NCBI GenBank assembly: GCA_964016885.1
Contig: OZ024747.1
Location: 14,012,001-14,076,000 of the forward strand
Direction: 5' to 3'
Length of the DNA stretch: 64,000 bases
Source: Eledone cirrhosa
Lineage: Eukaryota
Part shown: piece after piece, positions 40,359 to 53,529 of the stretch
Layout of the letters: every line of letters starts with the position of its first letter
Numbering within the stretch: position 1 is the stretch's first letter
Notes under the pieces: model-generated
Told to the model about the DNA's origin: nothing
The model's input: only the letters and a program-made list of their open reading frames with translations
The model's database searches: none
Position numbers and translations under genes: made by a program

Positions 40359-41527
40359 TCCTATAATAATGATTTCTAATTTTGGCACAAGCCCAGTAAA
40401 TTCAAGGTCAATGAATAGTTGATTATATTAACCCAAGTACTTTACTGGTACCATATTTTATCTACCTCAGAAGGAGGTAATGCAAATTTGATGTTGGCGG
40501 GATTTGAACTCAGAACGTTACGAGTGGTAACTAAATTATCCAAAGTATTTTCTTTGACACTTTAAAAAGTTATGCTAATCCACTACCCCTAATAACAATA
40601 ATAATGAAATATACATTACCCCCAAGGGCAAAGACCCCTTTCGGTCATGAATGACCATGGCACTTGCACCTATAAAGTTTCCCTCTGAGGTGCAAGTCTG
40701 GGCAAAGTTGTTTGTGGAAGACCAGCAATCGTCCATCCATACCAGCCTCTCCACACCACCGATGACCCTCTCAGCAATAAATGAGCGAAGGAAAAAAAGA
40801 AGTTTGTGTGCTTTTTTTTCCCTTTTCCAAGGTTTGCTCTTGAAGTGTCTGCCAACTCTCAAAATAATATTTGTTCTAGCTGTTATACATTTCCTTTCTA
40901 TAAAGAAACAATAAAAAAGATAATTAATATTCGTTGGGTATTATAAAGAAATATTGACCACTTGTACTTCAGCAATGATTATTTCTATGTGTGTGTGATT
41001 GTGTGTGTGTGTGTCTATGTCCACATGTTTGTATCCTTACTTTTTCTCTCAACAAATATCTAAAAAAATACATATTAAAAGGAAAAAAATTAATTCAGGA
41101 AAGGCTTTAATTTTTAATTTTAATTCAATTTTCCCCCTTAATTGAAAGAGCTGTAATTGTTTACTTTGTTGTTATTTCTCAAGTTTAAAAGATTGGAGAC
41201 AAAAAGAAGAGAAGAAACTTTTTAAATCAACAGAAAACAAGAAAATATCAATGAGTTTTAACCCTTTTATAAATAAATAAAAAAAGAATATTATTCACAG
41301 AACTTCACGCTAGTATCTATGGTGTTAAGTGGTTCAGAAACAAATCTATCTCTGGCTAGAATCTATATTACAAGTGACTACTGGAACTACTTATCCATAG
41401 ATAAAAGGTTCAAATTTGCTGCATTAACCCTTCCACGAATCATATTTCTAATGAAAAACAATGCTTATGATTTTTCAAATCATTTTGGAAATAATCAAGA
41501 GTTTGGTGGGATTTAAAAACATAACTA

Positions 41528-41673
41528 CTGTATTTCCCAGCGTCGAGGATGCTACTTTTTTCCTAAAATAAGTCTCGAAAATCTACCATGTGTCCTGGAG
41601 GTCGAAGGTTGTTTATTATTTTTTTTCAAATTTTTGCTTGAGGACAAAGTGTCTTTGGCACCGGGAAATACGG
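41528..41673. mobile_element. Tc1/mariner (pogo/Tc2-like) MITE
   Basis: TA-ctgtatttccc ... gggaaatacgg-TA. Confidence 0.7.
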
Positions 41674-41759
41674 TAATTATTAAATAGATGTTTGGAACAT
41701 AACTAATCAGCTTTACTAATCATCCTTTCTGTAACCTTAGTAACCTTATCTAACAGTCG

Positions 41760-42005
41760 GAAGCCTCTATAACTGCCTCCCTCCAGTGTATCCCCTTTAC
41801 TTTTGTAGCCATTAACAATGATGCTACTCTGCATCTGTACACTTTCCTGTACTACCTGGTTTACTATATTAGTGACTAGTCACTGTCCTGCTCCACCAGG
41901 TAGTTTAACCATGTTAGCAATAATCTCCATAGGGCCAGCTGCCTTCCCTATCTTTATTTGCTTTATCTCCTTATCTACCATATTGCTATAAACATTGCTG
42001 GCTGG
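41760..42005 (-). mobile_element. Decayed LINE RT N-terminal fragment
   Basis: Minus strand translates as VDKEIKQIKIGKAAGP...SIIVNGYKSKGDTLEGGSYRG with a stop codon. Confidence 0.65.
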
Positions 42006-42034
42006 TCATCAATTTATATATATATATATATATA

Positions 42035-42290
42035 TCATCATCGTTTTTACATCCGCTTTTCCTTGATTGCATGGGTTGGACAGGTCCTTCTCAGCATAGT
42101 ATCTTTCCACATGCTGTGATCCTTTGTCATCGCCTCTGTGATTTTCAGTGATTTGAGGCCAGCTCTCACAACCTCTGCCCAGGTCTTTCTTGGTCTACCT
42201 CTACTACAACTCCCTTCCACTTCTTCACCCAATGACCATTGTCCATCTACATCACAATCACATGTCCAAACCAATGCAGTCTTCTCTTCT
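42035..42290 (-). mobile_element. RTE LINE 3' fragment
   Basis: VEGSCSRGRPRKTWAEVV... followed by a (GAT)n tail. Confidence 0.8.
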
Positions 42291-43179
42291 GCTCACTACC
42301 TCAAATTCTTCTTAAACCACAGATTGATTTTTTTTTTAGTTTCAGAAGATCCCGTTAAGGGTGAAAGCAGTGATTCTTTGCTTGAACTTTAATCTGTTCT
42401 TATAATATATATATATAAGTGAAGGCATGTGGCTGAGTAGTTAGAGGATTTGAAATTGTGGGGTTGTGAGTATTCCTGGACTGGGCGATGCATTATGTCC
42501 TTGAGCAAGACACTTCATTTCATGTTGCTAAGTCTATCTGGAGTTGCGACCAATAGATAGTATTAGCAATTGAAAGACCAACGGAAATATTGTTTCCTCG
42601 GTCCAATTTGACGAAAGTCGATCGACTGTCGATATATATATAAAACAAAGAAAATACCAGGCTCCTAAAAAATAGTAAGCACTGGGGTCAGTATAATTGA
42701 CTAAACCCTTCAAGGTTATGTCTAACATGACTATGATCCAATGACAGTAACCAGTAAAATGATGGTAACCAGTAAAAGACTAAAAGAAAAGAGTACAATA
42801 ATGTAAGACCCTCTATAAGTACTATTTAGCTTTTCTTTCTGTCCTCTCCCTTCTCCCTCTTGTTTTTTTTATCTTTTTCATTATTTTTGTTATTATTTAC
42901 CCCGGAAACATGTATATCAACTATCTGAGAAGATGTGAAATATTCCAGTTTATTTGAAATTTGATGATCAAAGATTTTTAGTATTTTGCTTAGAATTTTT
43001 TAAAATTATTAATTATTTTTCTGTGTTGTTTTTTTTCCTCTCCTTGCAAAAATAATAAACATCATCATCACCTAACAAACATTACTATCATCATCACCAT
43101 CATCCTGCAAAAACTATAATCCTTCATCATCACCATCATTGTCATCACCATCATCCAGCAAAAACTATATAATCGTTCA

Positions 43180-43276
43180 TTATAATCATCATAGTCATCA
43201 CCACCATCTTGCCAAAAATCATCATCATCATCATCATCATCATTATCATCATAGTCATCACCACCATCTTGCCAAC

Positions 43277-43309
<33 letters not shown>

Positions 43310-43612
43310 TATCATCATAGTCATCACCACCATCTTGCCAAAAATCATCATCATCATCATCATTATCATTATCATCATAGTCATCACCACCATCTTGCCC
43401 AAAATCATCATCATCATCATTATCATTATCATCATAGTCATCACCACCATCTTGCCAAAAATCATCATCATCATCATCATTATCATTATCATCATAGTCA
43501 TCACCACCATCTTGCCAAAAATCATCATCATCACCACCATCGTCATCATCATAGTCATCACCACTATCTTACCAAAATGTATCATCATCATCATCATCAT
43601 CATCATCATTGT
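43180..43612 (+). repeat. Approximately 60-bp (CAT)n-based compound minisatellite, about 7 units
   Basis: tatcatcatagtcatcaccaccatcttgccaaaaat plus (cat)n. Confidence 0.9.
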
Positions 43613-44420
43613 CATCACATATATATTTATCAATATTCTGCAAAAACAAAAACTTAACTATTAAAGTTATAATTTACTCACCTTACTGAAATATCTTTTC
43701 TTCTTTCTTATGCATCTTCTTCAATTTCATCGTCTTATGCATCTTCTTCAATTTCAGCGCCTTGTTCAGGCTTTTTCAAGGGTTTTGTTTTTGCCATCTT
43801 TTCTCGTTTTCAATCTGTTTCTCTGCTTTTTGTTCAATCACATTCAACTTTCCTTTCTTTTTCAATCAGTTTTCTTCATCTTCAATGATAAGACTTTCTT
43901 TTCCCTTCTCATTCACACATCCTACCACCACCACCACCACCGCCACCACCTACACCACCGCCACCTCCACCCCTACCACAGCCACCGCCACTACTACCAC
44001 CACCACAAACAACTGCAACCACCACCACCACCACCACCACAACAAACAACCACAAGCACCACCACCACTACCACCATCACTACCACCACCACCACCACAA
44101 ACAACCACAACCACCACCACTACCACCACCACCATCCACCACAACCACCAGCACCAGGACTTTTTTTAAATACATATTTTTCAGTCTCTTTCTTCATTCT
44201 AATATTCTCATTTTTTTTTGTTTAATGTCTTCCACAAATGCACATACATGTTATCTCTCTCTCTTTCTCTCTCTCTCTTCTTTCCGTCCTCTCTTTCTTT
44301 CACATTCTGTTGAAGTTCTTTTAAATAATCTTTTCCATTTGTATTTGTTTTGTATTTCACGCACAAACACACTGTGACACATGCACACACACGCACACAC
44401 ACACTGTGACGCACGCGCGC

Positions 44421-44476
<56 letters not shown>

Positions 44477-44769
44477 TCTCTCTCTCTCCAAGCTCTTTTG
44501 TTGTCAAAGTTCTTCTGAAACTTTACACCTTATGTTCAATATTTCAATATTACAAGAAATAACAGCATTGATACTTTTGACTTCTTTACCATAATACAGT
44601 ACTGTGAAATAATATAGAGTCCCTGTAAAAACAAAAGCAACTTTAAATCTTAACGTCCTGCACCACGTAAAACCACATTAGCAAAGACATTCTTGAAAAA
44701 TACATAACACTACTATGAAATCTTCATTTCAATTTACTGCAAATTTTCACAAACTCTCCAGGTGTGAAC

Positions 44770-44890
44770 CTCGCAAACTGGAATGGTTTTTCCAGCGCGC
44801 CTCCCTTGCCGTCCTTTGGGGAAACGCCTTCTCCATTCTGTCCACCGGGGCGGGGCTGTGGGGAGGCCACCAATATGATTGACTGACTTG
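44770..44890. promoter_or_regulatory. Candidate Pol II promoter
   Basis: Non-repetitive GC-rich island with GC box ggggcggggc (about 44847) and CCAAT (about 44870) in AT-rich surroundings. Confidence 0.4.
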
Positions 44891-47020
44891 TCATTTTATC
44901 AGTCAGATGTTTTTAGACATCACCCAGTTAATTATATAATATTTTAGTATTAACTATGTGCTCATTACTACTTCTTTCTTTTTGTTTTTGTTATTTTTCA
45001 ACCAAGCCTAAACTAAAAATATATTTACATCGTAAAGATACTATTAAACATTTGAATTAACCAGCCAATTTTTAAACATTTCCTGCTAAAACATTATGGG
45101 ATGTTAAGTAAGTTAGTAAGTTTTGAAATGGTATGGTACGTAGGTAGAGAATTGGTTGAGTTATTAGAGTGTTAGATAGAATGCCTCACAGAATATGTTT
45201 CAGCTCGTTGCACTGTGAGTTCAAATCCCATTGAGGTTAACTTAGCTTTTCATGCTTTTGCCAATCTACCTTCTTAGTAATGAAATAATTAATAGTTTTA
45301 GTAGATCCCCCAAAATTCTTCATTAATTAATTAAAATATTGTATTTTCTTAAGAAATATGGTTATGGTTAAAGTACTTATTTTCATCAAAATTTAATATA
45401 TGAACCTTTGTTAAGCTATGTTCCAAATACCAACTTAATAATAAGAAAGTCAGTTATTTTATTAAATCCCTTAAATCCTTCATGATAATTTTTAAATTAC
45501 TTTTGCACATAGCAGCGTCTGTCATCTAAATGTATTCATGTGTTCTGAGTTCAAATCCAGTAGCTGTTATATAGTGGAGTTGATTCACTCAATTTCACTA
45601 TTCACCTACAAATCTAGCATAATTTTATGTTAGAATCTTAAGTTCCAAACAGAAGCTTAATAATGAGAAATTTATATTAGTAATCCCACCAAATTACTGA
45701 TTGTTTTCAAACTGATTTGATATCATACACCATGTTGAGTTTTCACTCTGTTGATGTTCTCAGTGGAATTTGAACCCAGAACACAGAGAGTTAGAACAAA
45801 TACCACAAGGCATTTTGTTCTACACTCTACTGATGCTGCCAATTTCCCATGCCTACAATGTACCCGACCCTCACATTTATTCTGATTCAGTTATAGACAC
45901 TTAATAAACAAACTTTCTGTTGTTACATAACGAATATAAAGTGGCTTTGACCAATGGTGAATGCAATGAATTATGCGTTTCACCATACAGCATAAATTAT
46001 TGTTATCTATAATATACAGCAAAGAAAAGAGGAGAAAATACGTTAATTTTTGTCCAATTAAGCTGTTATTTTAGATGGTTTGAATAAAAATGAAAAGATA
46101 TAATTCAGTGTATTTGCTTTACGATTAGCTTTTTTTCTCCGTTTTTTTTTCAAATCTCTTTCATTCTTTATTAGACTTTGAATGGTGTATGTCTTGGCCA
46201 TAGCACAAGAAAACTTCAAGCTGTTCTTTAAAGAGAAAGCAAAATAATAGCCAAACAATTGTTGGAAGTTTTTGGTCTATGAGTAAATTGGCTTTTATTT
46301 AATTTGACATTTTTCTCCTGCAAAGCATTTCCTTGTCAAAGTCAATAAAATTTGAAGTGGTTTTTAGAAATCATTATTATTGTTATTGTTAATAATAATA
46401 ATAATAATAATAACAATAATAACAATAATAACAATAATAATATTATTATTATTATTATTATCATTATTTCCAGACATTTTCAGAAAATTTTAGCCTGACA
46501 AATTTCCCATGTTCCCCCCAGCTTCCTTCAACCTTTAACATGCAGCTTACTAACTCCATCTCACTCCACTTCTCTCCTCTTCACCTCCACTTCAATTCAC
46601 CCACTCCTCCCTCTCGTGTTTATTTCCTTCCCTCTCCACAACCAAACCACCCTCCACCCTTTCTTTTATAAAAGTCTGCTATGTCAATATTTTGTCCCCT
46701 CTGAAAACTTGAAGCCGTTTTCAATTCATTAGAGTCTTTTCACATCTTCAACTTTCTATTGGTGAAAATCAGTAACTTTATTTTTCCTCTTTTGGTTTTA
46801 AAATATCATCAATAAGAAACAACTCTCTTTCTCCTACTCTCTCTCTCTTTCTCTCTCTCTCTCTCTTTCTCTCTCGCTCTCTCTCACATATGTGTGTGTA
46901 TATGTATATGTGTGTGTATATGCGTATGGATATATATATATATATATATAAATATATAAATTATATATATATATAGCTGTCGAAACGGCCGAAGCTCAGC
47001 CGTCGGGGTCCTGACTCTTT

Positions 47021-47077
<57 letters not shown>

Positions 47078-47275
47078 GTATGTTTATGATCTCTCTACCA
47101 GTTTGAATTTGTTTGTGGAAGGGCTGGGTAGGATAATCAACCTGGTTCTCGGGCAGAAATATGTTTCATTTAGAAATGGGAATTACCATAGTTAATTCTA
47201 TTTTTGTTTCAACTCTTAGTCATAAATGGTTGACATCTTTTGTTATTCAAATGTGTTTGTATATCAGAGAGTAGT

Positions 47276-47501
47276 TTAACTCTAGCATTTAAACCGACCA
47301 TATCTGGCCAGAGTTCTATCACCTCTTTCTGTTTAAACTGGCCATAATTGGCCACTCATACTGATGTTAAGGTATTGTTCTCAAAATAAATAATATCAAA
47401 ATCTCATAGATTCAATATTATGTGAGATAATTACGTGAGGTAAAGCCTTTACCATGAAAATATAATAGTAATTATAGAGTAGTGTAAATGCTAAAGGGTT
47501 A
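47276..47501. mobile_element. piggyBac-like MITE
   Basis: ttaactctagcattta ... taaatgctaaagggtta; internal homology to 36780-36880. Confidence 0.65.
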
Positions 47502-48040
47502 GGGCAACACTGAATTCAACTAATAGGCACACGTGCCTGATGCCATGCATGTAATGGTTGTTGAAGTCTCCTGCCAGCATAGCTCGGCATAATAGTGGGG
47601 ATTGGTAGTTGATGGATGGCAGATTGACAGATAGGTATAATTATGTCATGGACAGAAGCTTGTAGGGTTAGTGGACCTTACTATGGTCATTTTGGGGTGG
47701 TATACAATTAGGTAATGCTCATTGTATGCACGTGTTTGTGGGTTGGTTTTAACATATTTCAATAGGCAATGCTTGATTGCATACACATCTTTCTAGGTAT
47801 GTGGATATTTTGTAGTTATTCTATGCTTTGTGTGTTAGTTATGTGATATACAGATTCAATAGGGTTTCTGTGACATATCCACTTCAATCTATTTAACTTT
47901 CCATTTATGGTTTATGCTCTATAGTTTTGTTTGTTCTGTGTTGGCATGTGGGTAACATGCTTTATTAAGTGAAGGTTTATTGTTTCATGTAGCGTTTAAT
48001 TGCTTGTATCTGGTTTTACTATCTTCCTTTGTTGTGTTCC

Positions 48041-48254
48041 ATGGCCAAGTGGTTAGAGAATTGGATTCGCAATCGTGAGGTTGTGAGTTCGATTCCTGAA
48101 CTGAGCGATGCGTTGTGTTCTTGAGCAAGACACTTTATTTCACGTTGCTCCTTCTACCTGGAGTTGTGACCGATAGATAGTATTAGCAATTGGAAAGACC
48201 AATGGAAACATTGTTTCCTCGGTCTGATTTGACAAAAGTCGAGCGACTGTTGAG
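48041..48254 (+). mobile_element. tRNA-derived SINE with a different 3' end (second copy at 42423-42631)
   Basis: A and B boxes plus ttgagcaagacactt, then ggagttgtgaccgatagatagtattagcaattg shared with 42540-42630. Confidence 0.8.
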
Positions 48255-48684
48255 ATATATATATATATCATCATCATCATCATCATCGTTTAACGCCTAC
48301 CTTCTACGCTAGCATGGGTTAGACGGGAATTGTTCCATTTGAGGTAAGATTGGTCGGGTGACCATGTCTCGCTCGTATAGGATTATCTGGCAGCGGTTGG
48401 ATGCCCTTCCTAACACCAACCACATTTACAGTGTGGACTGGGAGCTTTTTACTGTTACCTACACGACCACATTACACCGTGGACTGTGTTTTTTCCCCCT
48501 CTCTTTTCTTTTTCCCTTCTCTCTTTTCTTTTTCCCTTCTCTCTTTCCTTCTTTTATCATTATCATCCTCGTTTAACGTCCACTTTCAACACTAGCATGG
48601 GTTAGACGGGGTCTATATATATATAGGTATATTTGTGTCTGAGTGTGCATATATATATATATATATTTGTATACGTACTTGTGT

Positions 48685-49872
48685 CATCATCATCATCATC
48701 ATCATCATCGTTTAACGTCCGTGTTCCACGCTTGCATGGGTTTGGATGGGAGTTTTCCCACTTGAGGCAAGAGTGGTTGTCATTGCTCGCATAGGACTGT
48801 CTGGCAGGTTTTCTACAGCTGGATGCCCTTCCTAACACCAACCACATTTACAGTGTGGGGCTGGGAGGTTTTTACCGTGTTGCCTACACGGCCACATTAC
48901 AGCGTGGACTGTGTGTTTTTTTGTCGTGACACCTACACGATCTCATTTGTTTCGGCCTGGATGTTGTGGTACCAACATAACTTTACAATGAAAGGGGCGG
49001 TGTGGATGGGGTGGGGGTGGTGGGACGGGGTTGTATTTTGTTAGAGATGCCTACTGACTGTAGTAGGTTTTACTTTGTATTTAGGTAAGGCGAGTCTTCT
49101 CTATTACTGAGTACCGCCAAAGGTCTCGGTCCAGTGACATTGTCTTGGAGAGGTGTAAGTGTGTGAGGTCCGAATTTATCAGCTCGTCCCAGGTTTTTCT
49201 GGGTCTGCCTACTCCGTGGCTACCGTCTATCTTTATTGCTCTGCACTTTGTTATACAGCTGTCGTCTTTCATGCGCATCACGTGACCATACCAACGTAGC
49301 CTTCTCTCAAGTAAACAACATCTGATCCCTCTTATTTCTAATTTTTTCCTTAGTTCGTTTATGCTTTGCCGTTCACATATATTACTATTACACATCCAGC
49401 GGAGCATGCAAGCTTCGTTCCTCTCTAGTCTGCGTATATCCTCTGCACACAATGCCCAGGTCTCACTGCCATGCAACATTGCTGTTCGTATGCAGGCATC
49501 ATACAACCTGCCTTTCATTTTTAGGGAGAACCCTTTAGCGGTTAATAGTGGTATAAGCTCTCTGAACTTTTTCCATCCAGTTCTGACTCTAGCTACTGTA
49601 CTTTCAGAGTACCCTCCCCCACTGCTGATTTTGTCACCCAGGTAACGGAAGCTGTCCATTATTTTTATAGAACCCTCTGCGCAATTGAAAGAGCTAGTAT
49701 TTTGTGGGCACTTGCTGCTACTTATTGCACCAGAGCACCGGCCACATGTAAAATCTATGTTCTTAGTTAGCTTACCTGTGATCCCACTACATCTTTTATG
49801 CACCTATACTTTGCATTTGGGACATAAAATGGAGTTTCTACCTACGCCTTTCCTACACACTGAGCATGGCCA
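48685..49872 (-). mobile_element. RTE-clade LINE, 5'-truncated (RT C-terminal part, 3' UTR, (GAT)n tail)
   Basis: FRYLGD...LHGSETW...RRLRWYGHVMRM...GRPRKTW motifs; one in-frame stop at 49804-49806; UTR ends in aacgatgatgat. Confidence 0.93.
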
Positions 49873-49909
49873 TGATATATATAACTATATATATCTATAT
49901 ATTATATAT

Positions 49910-50020
49910 ATCTATCTCTATCTAGGGCGGGTAAAATGCCCGAGATCCATGGACGAGTTCTCTCCAGCGGTCTCTGTCCCTCATTATCGCTGCCATGTCC
50001 TGTGTCTCCAACAGACCATA
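49910..50020 (-). mobile_element. Short RTE-type 3' end
   Basis: GLLETQDMAAIMRDRDRWRELVHGSR followed by a (TAGA)n tail. Confidence 0.6.
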
Positions 50021-50026
50021 TCTATC

Positions 50027-50074
<48 letters not shown>

Positions 50075-50560
50075 GGTATATCTGTGTCTGTGTGTGCATT
50101 TATACTATATATATATATATAAAGGGGGTCGATTGGCAAGTCTACCATTTCTAGGCTCTGATTTCAAATCCTGCTTAAGGATCGATAAAATAATTTACCA
50201 GTTAAATACAGGGGTCATTATAATTGACTTTCCATTTACCCCAAATTGCTGGCCTTGTGATAATGTTGTAAAGAATTATATATGCATTTGTATATGCATA
50301 TGTGTATATATATATATAAATATGTATGTGTATATATATATATATATATGTGTGTGTGTATATGTATGTGATTGTGTGTGTATATGTGTGTGTATATATA
50401 TGTATGTGATTTTGTGTGTGTGTGTATATATGTATGTGATTGTGTGTGTGTGTGTATATATATGTGATTGTGTGTGTGTATATATATATAGGTAATTGTT
50501 TGTGTGTATGTATAGATATATATGTGATTGTGAGTGTGTGTATATATATATATAGGTAAT

Positions 50561-50594
<34 letters not shown>

Positions 50595-50846
50595 ATATGG
50601 GTACTTGTGTATATCTATGTGATTGTGTCTGTGTCTATATATATATGTCAGTATGTGTGTGTGTGTATATATATATATATATGTGTGTGTCTCTATGTAT
50701 ATAAAATATAGCTTCTTCTTTGTGCTCTATGTAAAAAATGTCAGAAATATAATTAGGGTATTGATACTGTGTGTGGCTAGTAAAATTAAAAAGGTAACAT
50801 ATGTATGTGTCTGTATGTGTGTGTGAGTATATATATGTGTGTGTAA

Positions 50847-50890
<44 letters not shown>

Positions 50891-51374
50891 ATGTATGTGT
50901 GTATATATATATTTGTATGTGTGTATATATGTTTATATATCTTTCTGTGTGTCTATATGTATGTATGTGTGTGTGTATATGTATGTGTATATATATATAT
51001 ATGTGTGTGTGTGTATATATATATGTGTGTGTGTATATATATATATATATACGTATGTGTCTATATATATATTTATATATACATATGTATGTACATATAT
51101 ATATATATAGACGTCTGTATGTGTATATATATATATATATATCTATATATATATATATATAGACGTATGTATGTATATATATATAGACGTATGTATGTAT
51201 ATATATATAGACGTATGTATGTGTATATATATATATATATAGAGAGAGAGATACATATTAAGGTGTGTGTGTGTGCATATATATACCCTGCTTAGGGTGA
51301 ACACAGTAATTTATTGCTTAAACTTTTAACTGTACTATTAATAAGTATATATATGTAGTTAGGTATGTGTATAT

Positions 51375-52030
51375 ATCATGATAATCGTTTAACGCCCGTC
51401 TTCCACGCTAGCATGGGTTTAGACGGGAATTGTCCCACTTGAGGCAAGATTGGTTGTCTCGCTCGTATAGGACTGTCTGGCAGGTTTTCTATGACTGGAT
51501 GCCCTTCCTAACACCAACCACGTTTACAGTGTGGACTGGGAGGCTTTTACCGTGTTACCCACACGGCCACATTACAGTGTGGACTGTGTTTTTTTTTCGT
51601 GACACCTACACGTCTGGCGGGTTTTCTACGACTGGATGCCCTTCCTAACACCAACCACGTTTACAGTGTGGCCTGGGAGGTTTTTACCGTGTTACCTACA
51701 CGGCCACATTACAGCATGGACTGTGTGTTTTTTTTTCGTGACACCTACACGACCTCATTTATTTCGGACTGGATGCTGTGGTACCAACATAACTTGGGGG
51801 TGGTGGGACGGGGGTGTATTTTTGTTAGAGGTGCCTACTGACTGTAGGTTTCGCTTTGTACTTAGGCAAGGCGGGTCTTCTGTATTACTGTGTAGCGCCA
51901 AAGATCTCGGTCCACTGACATTGTCTTGGAGAGGTGTAAGTGTGTGAGGTCGGAATTTATCAAGTCGTCCCAGCTTTTTCTGGGTCTGCCTACTCCGTGG
52001 CTACCGTCTATTTTTATCACCCTGCACTTT
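51375..52030 (-). mobile_element. RTE LINE 3' fragment of the same family, with an internal UTR duplication
   Basis: KCRVIKIDGSHGVGRPRKSWDDLINSDLTHLHLSKTMSVDRDLWRY is near-identical to 49081-49250; an approximately 138-bp UTR segment is present twice. Confidence 0.9.
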
Positions 52031-52036
52031 TTTATA

Positions 52037-52067
<31 letters not shown>

Positions 52068-52169
52068 TCATATATTCATATCATATATTCATATATGTAT
52101 ATTATATATACATATATATAATATATATACATATATATATAGCATATATATATTATTGTATATGTTAAT

Positions 52170-52513
52170 GGAGGCACATGGCTTAGTGGTTAGAGCATTG
52201 GCCTTGCAATCAAAAGTTTGTGAGTTCAATTCTCAGACCGGGTGATGTGTTGTTTCCTTGAGCAAGATACTTTATTTCACATTGCTCCAGTTTACTCAGC
52301 TGTAGAAATGAGATGATAGGGACTGGGATCTCTACCATACCACTGCAAAGTGGTCATGGAGGTGCCACGGCAAAAAAGCACCCACCACTCATTGTAAATG
52401 AGGTTGGTGTTAGGAAGGGCATCCAGCTGTAGAAATCAAGCCAGCATCAGTTTCCGTCCCACCCTTGCAAGCAGGGAAAAAGTGGACATAAAATGAAATG
52501 ATGATGATGGTGA
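52170..52513 (+). mobile_element. tRNA-derived SINE (family of 35456)
   Basis: Near-identical to 35456-35791. Confidence 0.88.
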
Positions 52514-52622
52514 TATATTATTGTGTATGTGCATATATATGTGTGTGCATCTGTGTTTTTATGTAGATGTACGTACTAGTATGCATACACTCATGTATGA
52601 AACATAAATGTATGTATATATA

Positions 52623-52653
<31 letters not shown>

Positions 52654-52748
52654 GTATATGTATATATATATATGTATGTATATATATATATATATGTATA
52701 TGTATATATATATGTATATATATATGTATATATATATGTATATATATG

Positions 52749-52778
<30 letters not shown>

Positions 52779-52780
<2 letters not shown>

Positions 52781-53295
52781 ACTTTGAATAACTTTGAAAT
52801 GTTTTGGCCAGTATTGGCCCAGGCCATGTCTAACTTAATAGCACCACCTGGCGAAGTCTTTCAATTCAGGATTTGGGCACCATGGCCCATTCGAGAAGAG
52901 AATTGCTGTTTGTGGAGACATATCCGGGTGTGGGTGGTTTGTCCGGGATTACTTGGAGGAATTTGTCCAAAGACTTCTTGAATTTTGTGTGGTCAGTTTC
53001 TGTTTTGACGTGTCCTGGTGTGATGTTGAAGAGAGCAGGGCCGATTGAGGTGAAATAATTGTGCCGTATTGTTGTTATGAGTTGCGATTTAGATTTTTGA
53101 ATGGGACGGATAGCATGGGGCCCAAGCCTTGGGTGTATCTTGAAGGCGATGCCAACATCATTTGGGCAGTGATGATGGAACATTTTCCACATCATGCAGA
53201 TAATATAACGCTCACGGCGACGTTGGAGTGAGTAAAGTTTCAGGTTTTCTAATCGACCCCAGTAGTCAAGGTCTGACATGCCATCTATCTTTTTC
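52779..53295 (-). mobile_element. CR1/L2-group LINE 3' fragment
   Basis: [22 protein letters not shown]...GPALFN...[10 protein letters not shown]-terminal motifs; short UTR with a (TTCAAAGTTA)2 tail. Confidence 0.85.
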
Positions 53296-53332
53296 ATATA
53301 TATATGTATATATATATGTATATAATTATATG

Positions 53333-53364
<32 letters not shown>

Positions 53365-53382
53365 TATATGTATATGTATATA

Positions 53383-53428
<46 letters not shown>

Positions 53429-53529
53429 GGTATATATATATATATGTATATATATAGGTATATATATATATGTATGTATATATATATGTATATATATATG
53501 TATGTATATATATATGTATGTATATATAT

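Noticed and set aside
42341-42392. Possible UGGT last exon ending SDSLLEL-stop after a pyrimidine tract and AG
   Set aside because: LLEL is not a recognised ER-retention signal, the penultimate exon is not found, and the segment is sandwiched between repeats
43139-43657. His-rich ORF as a possible beak or metal-binding protein
   Set aside because: It is a (CAT)n-based minisatellite open in several frames on both strands, with no signal peptide or splice support
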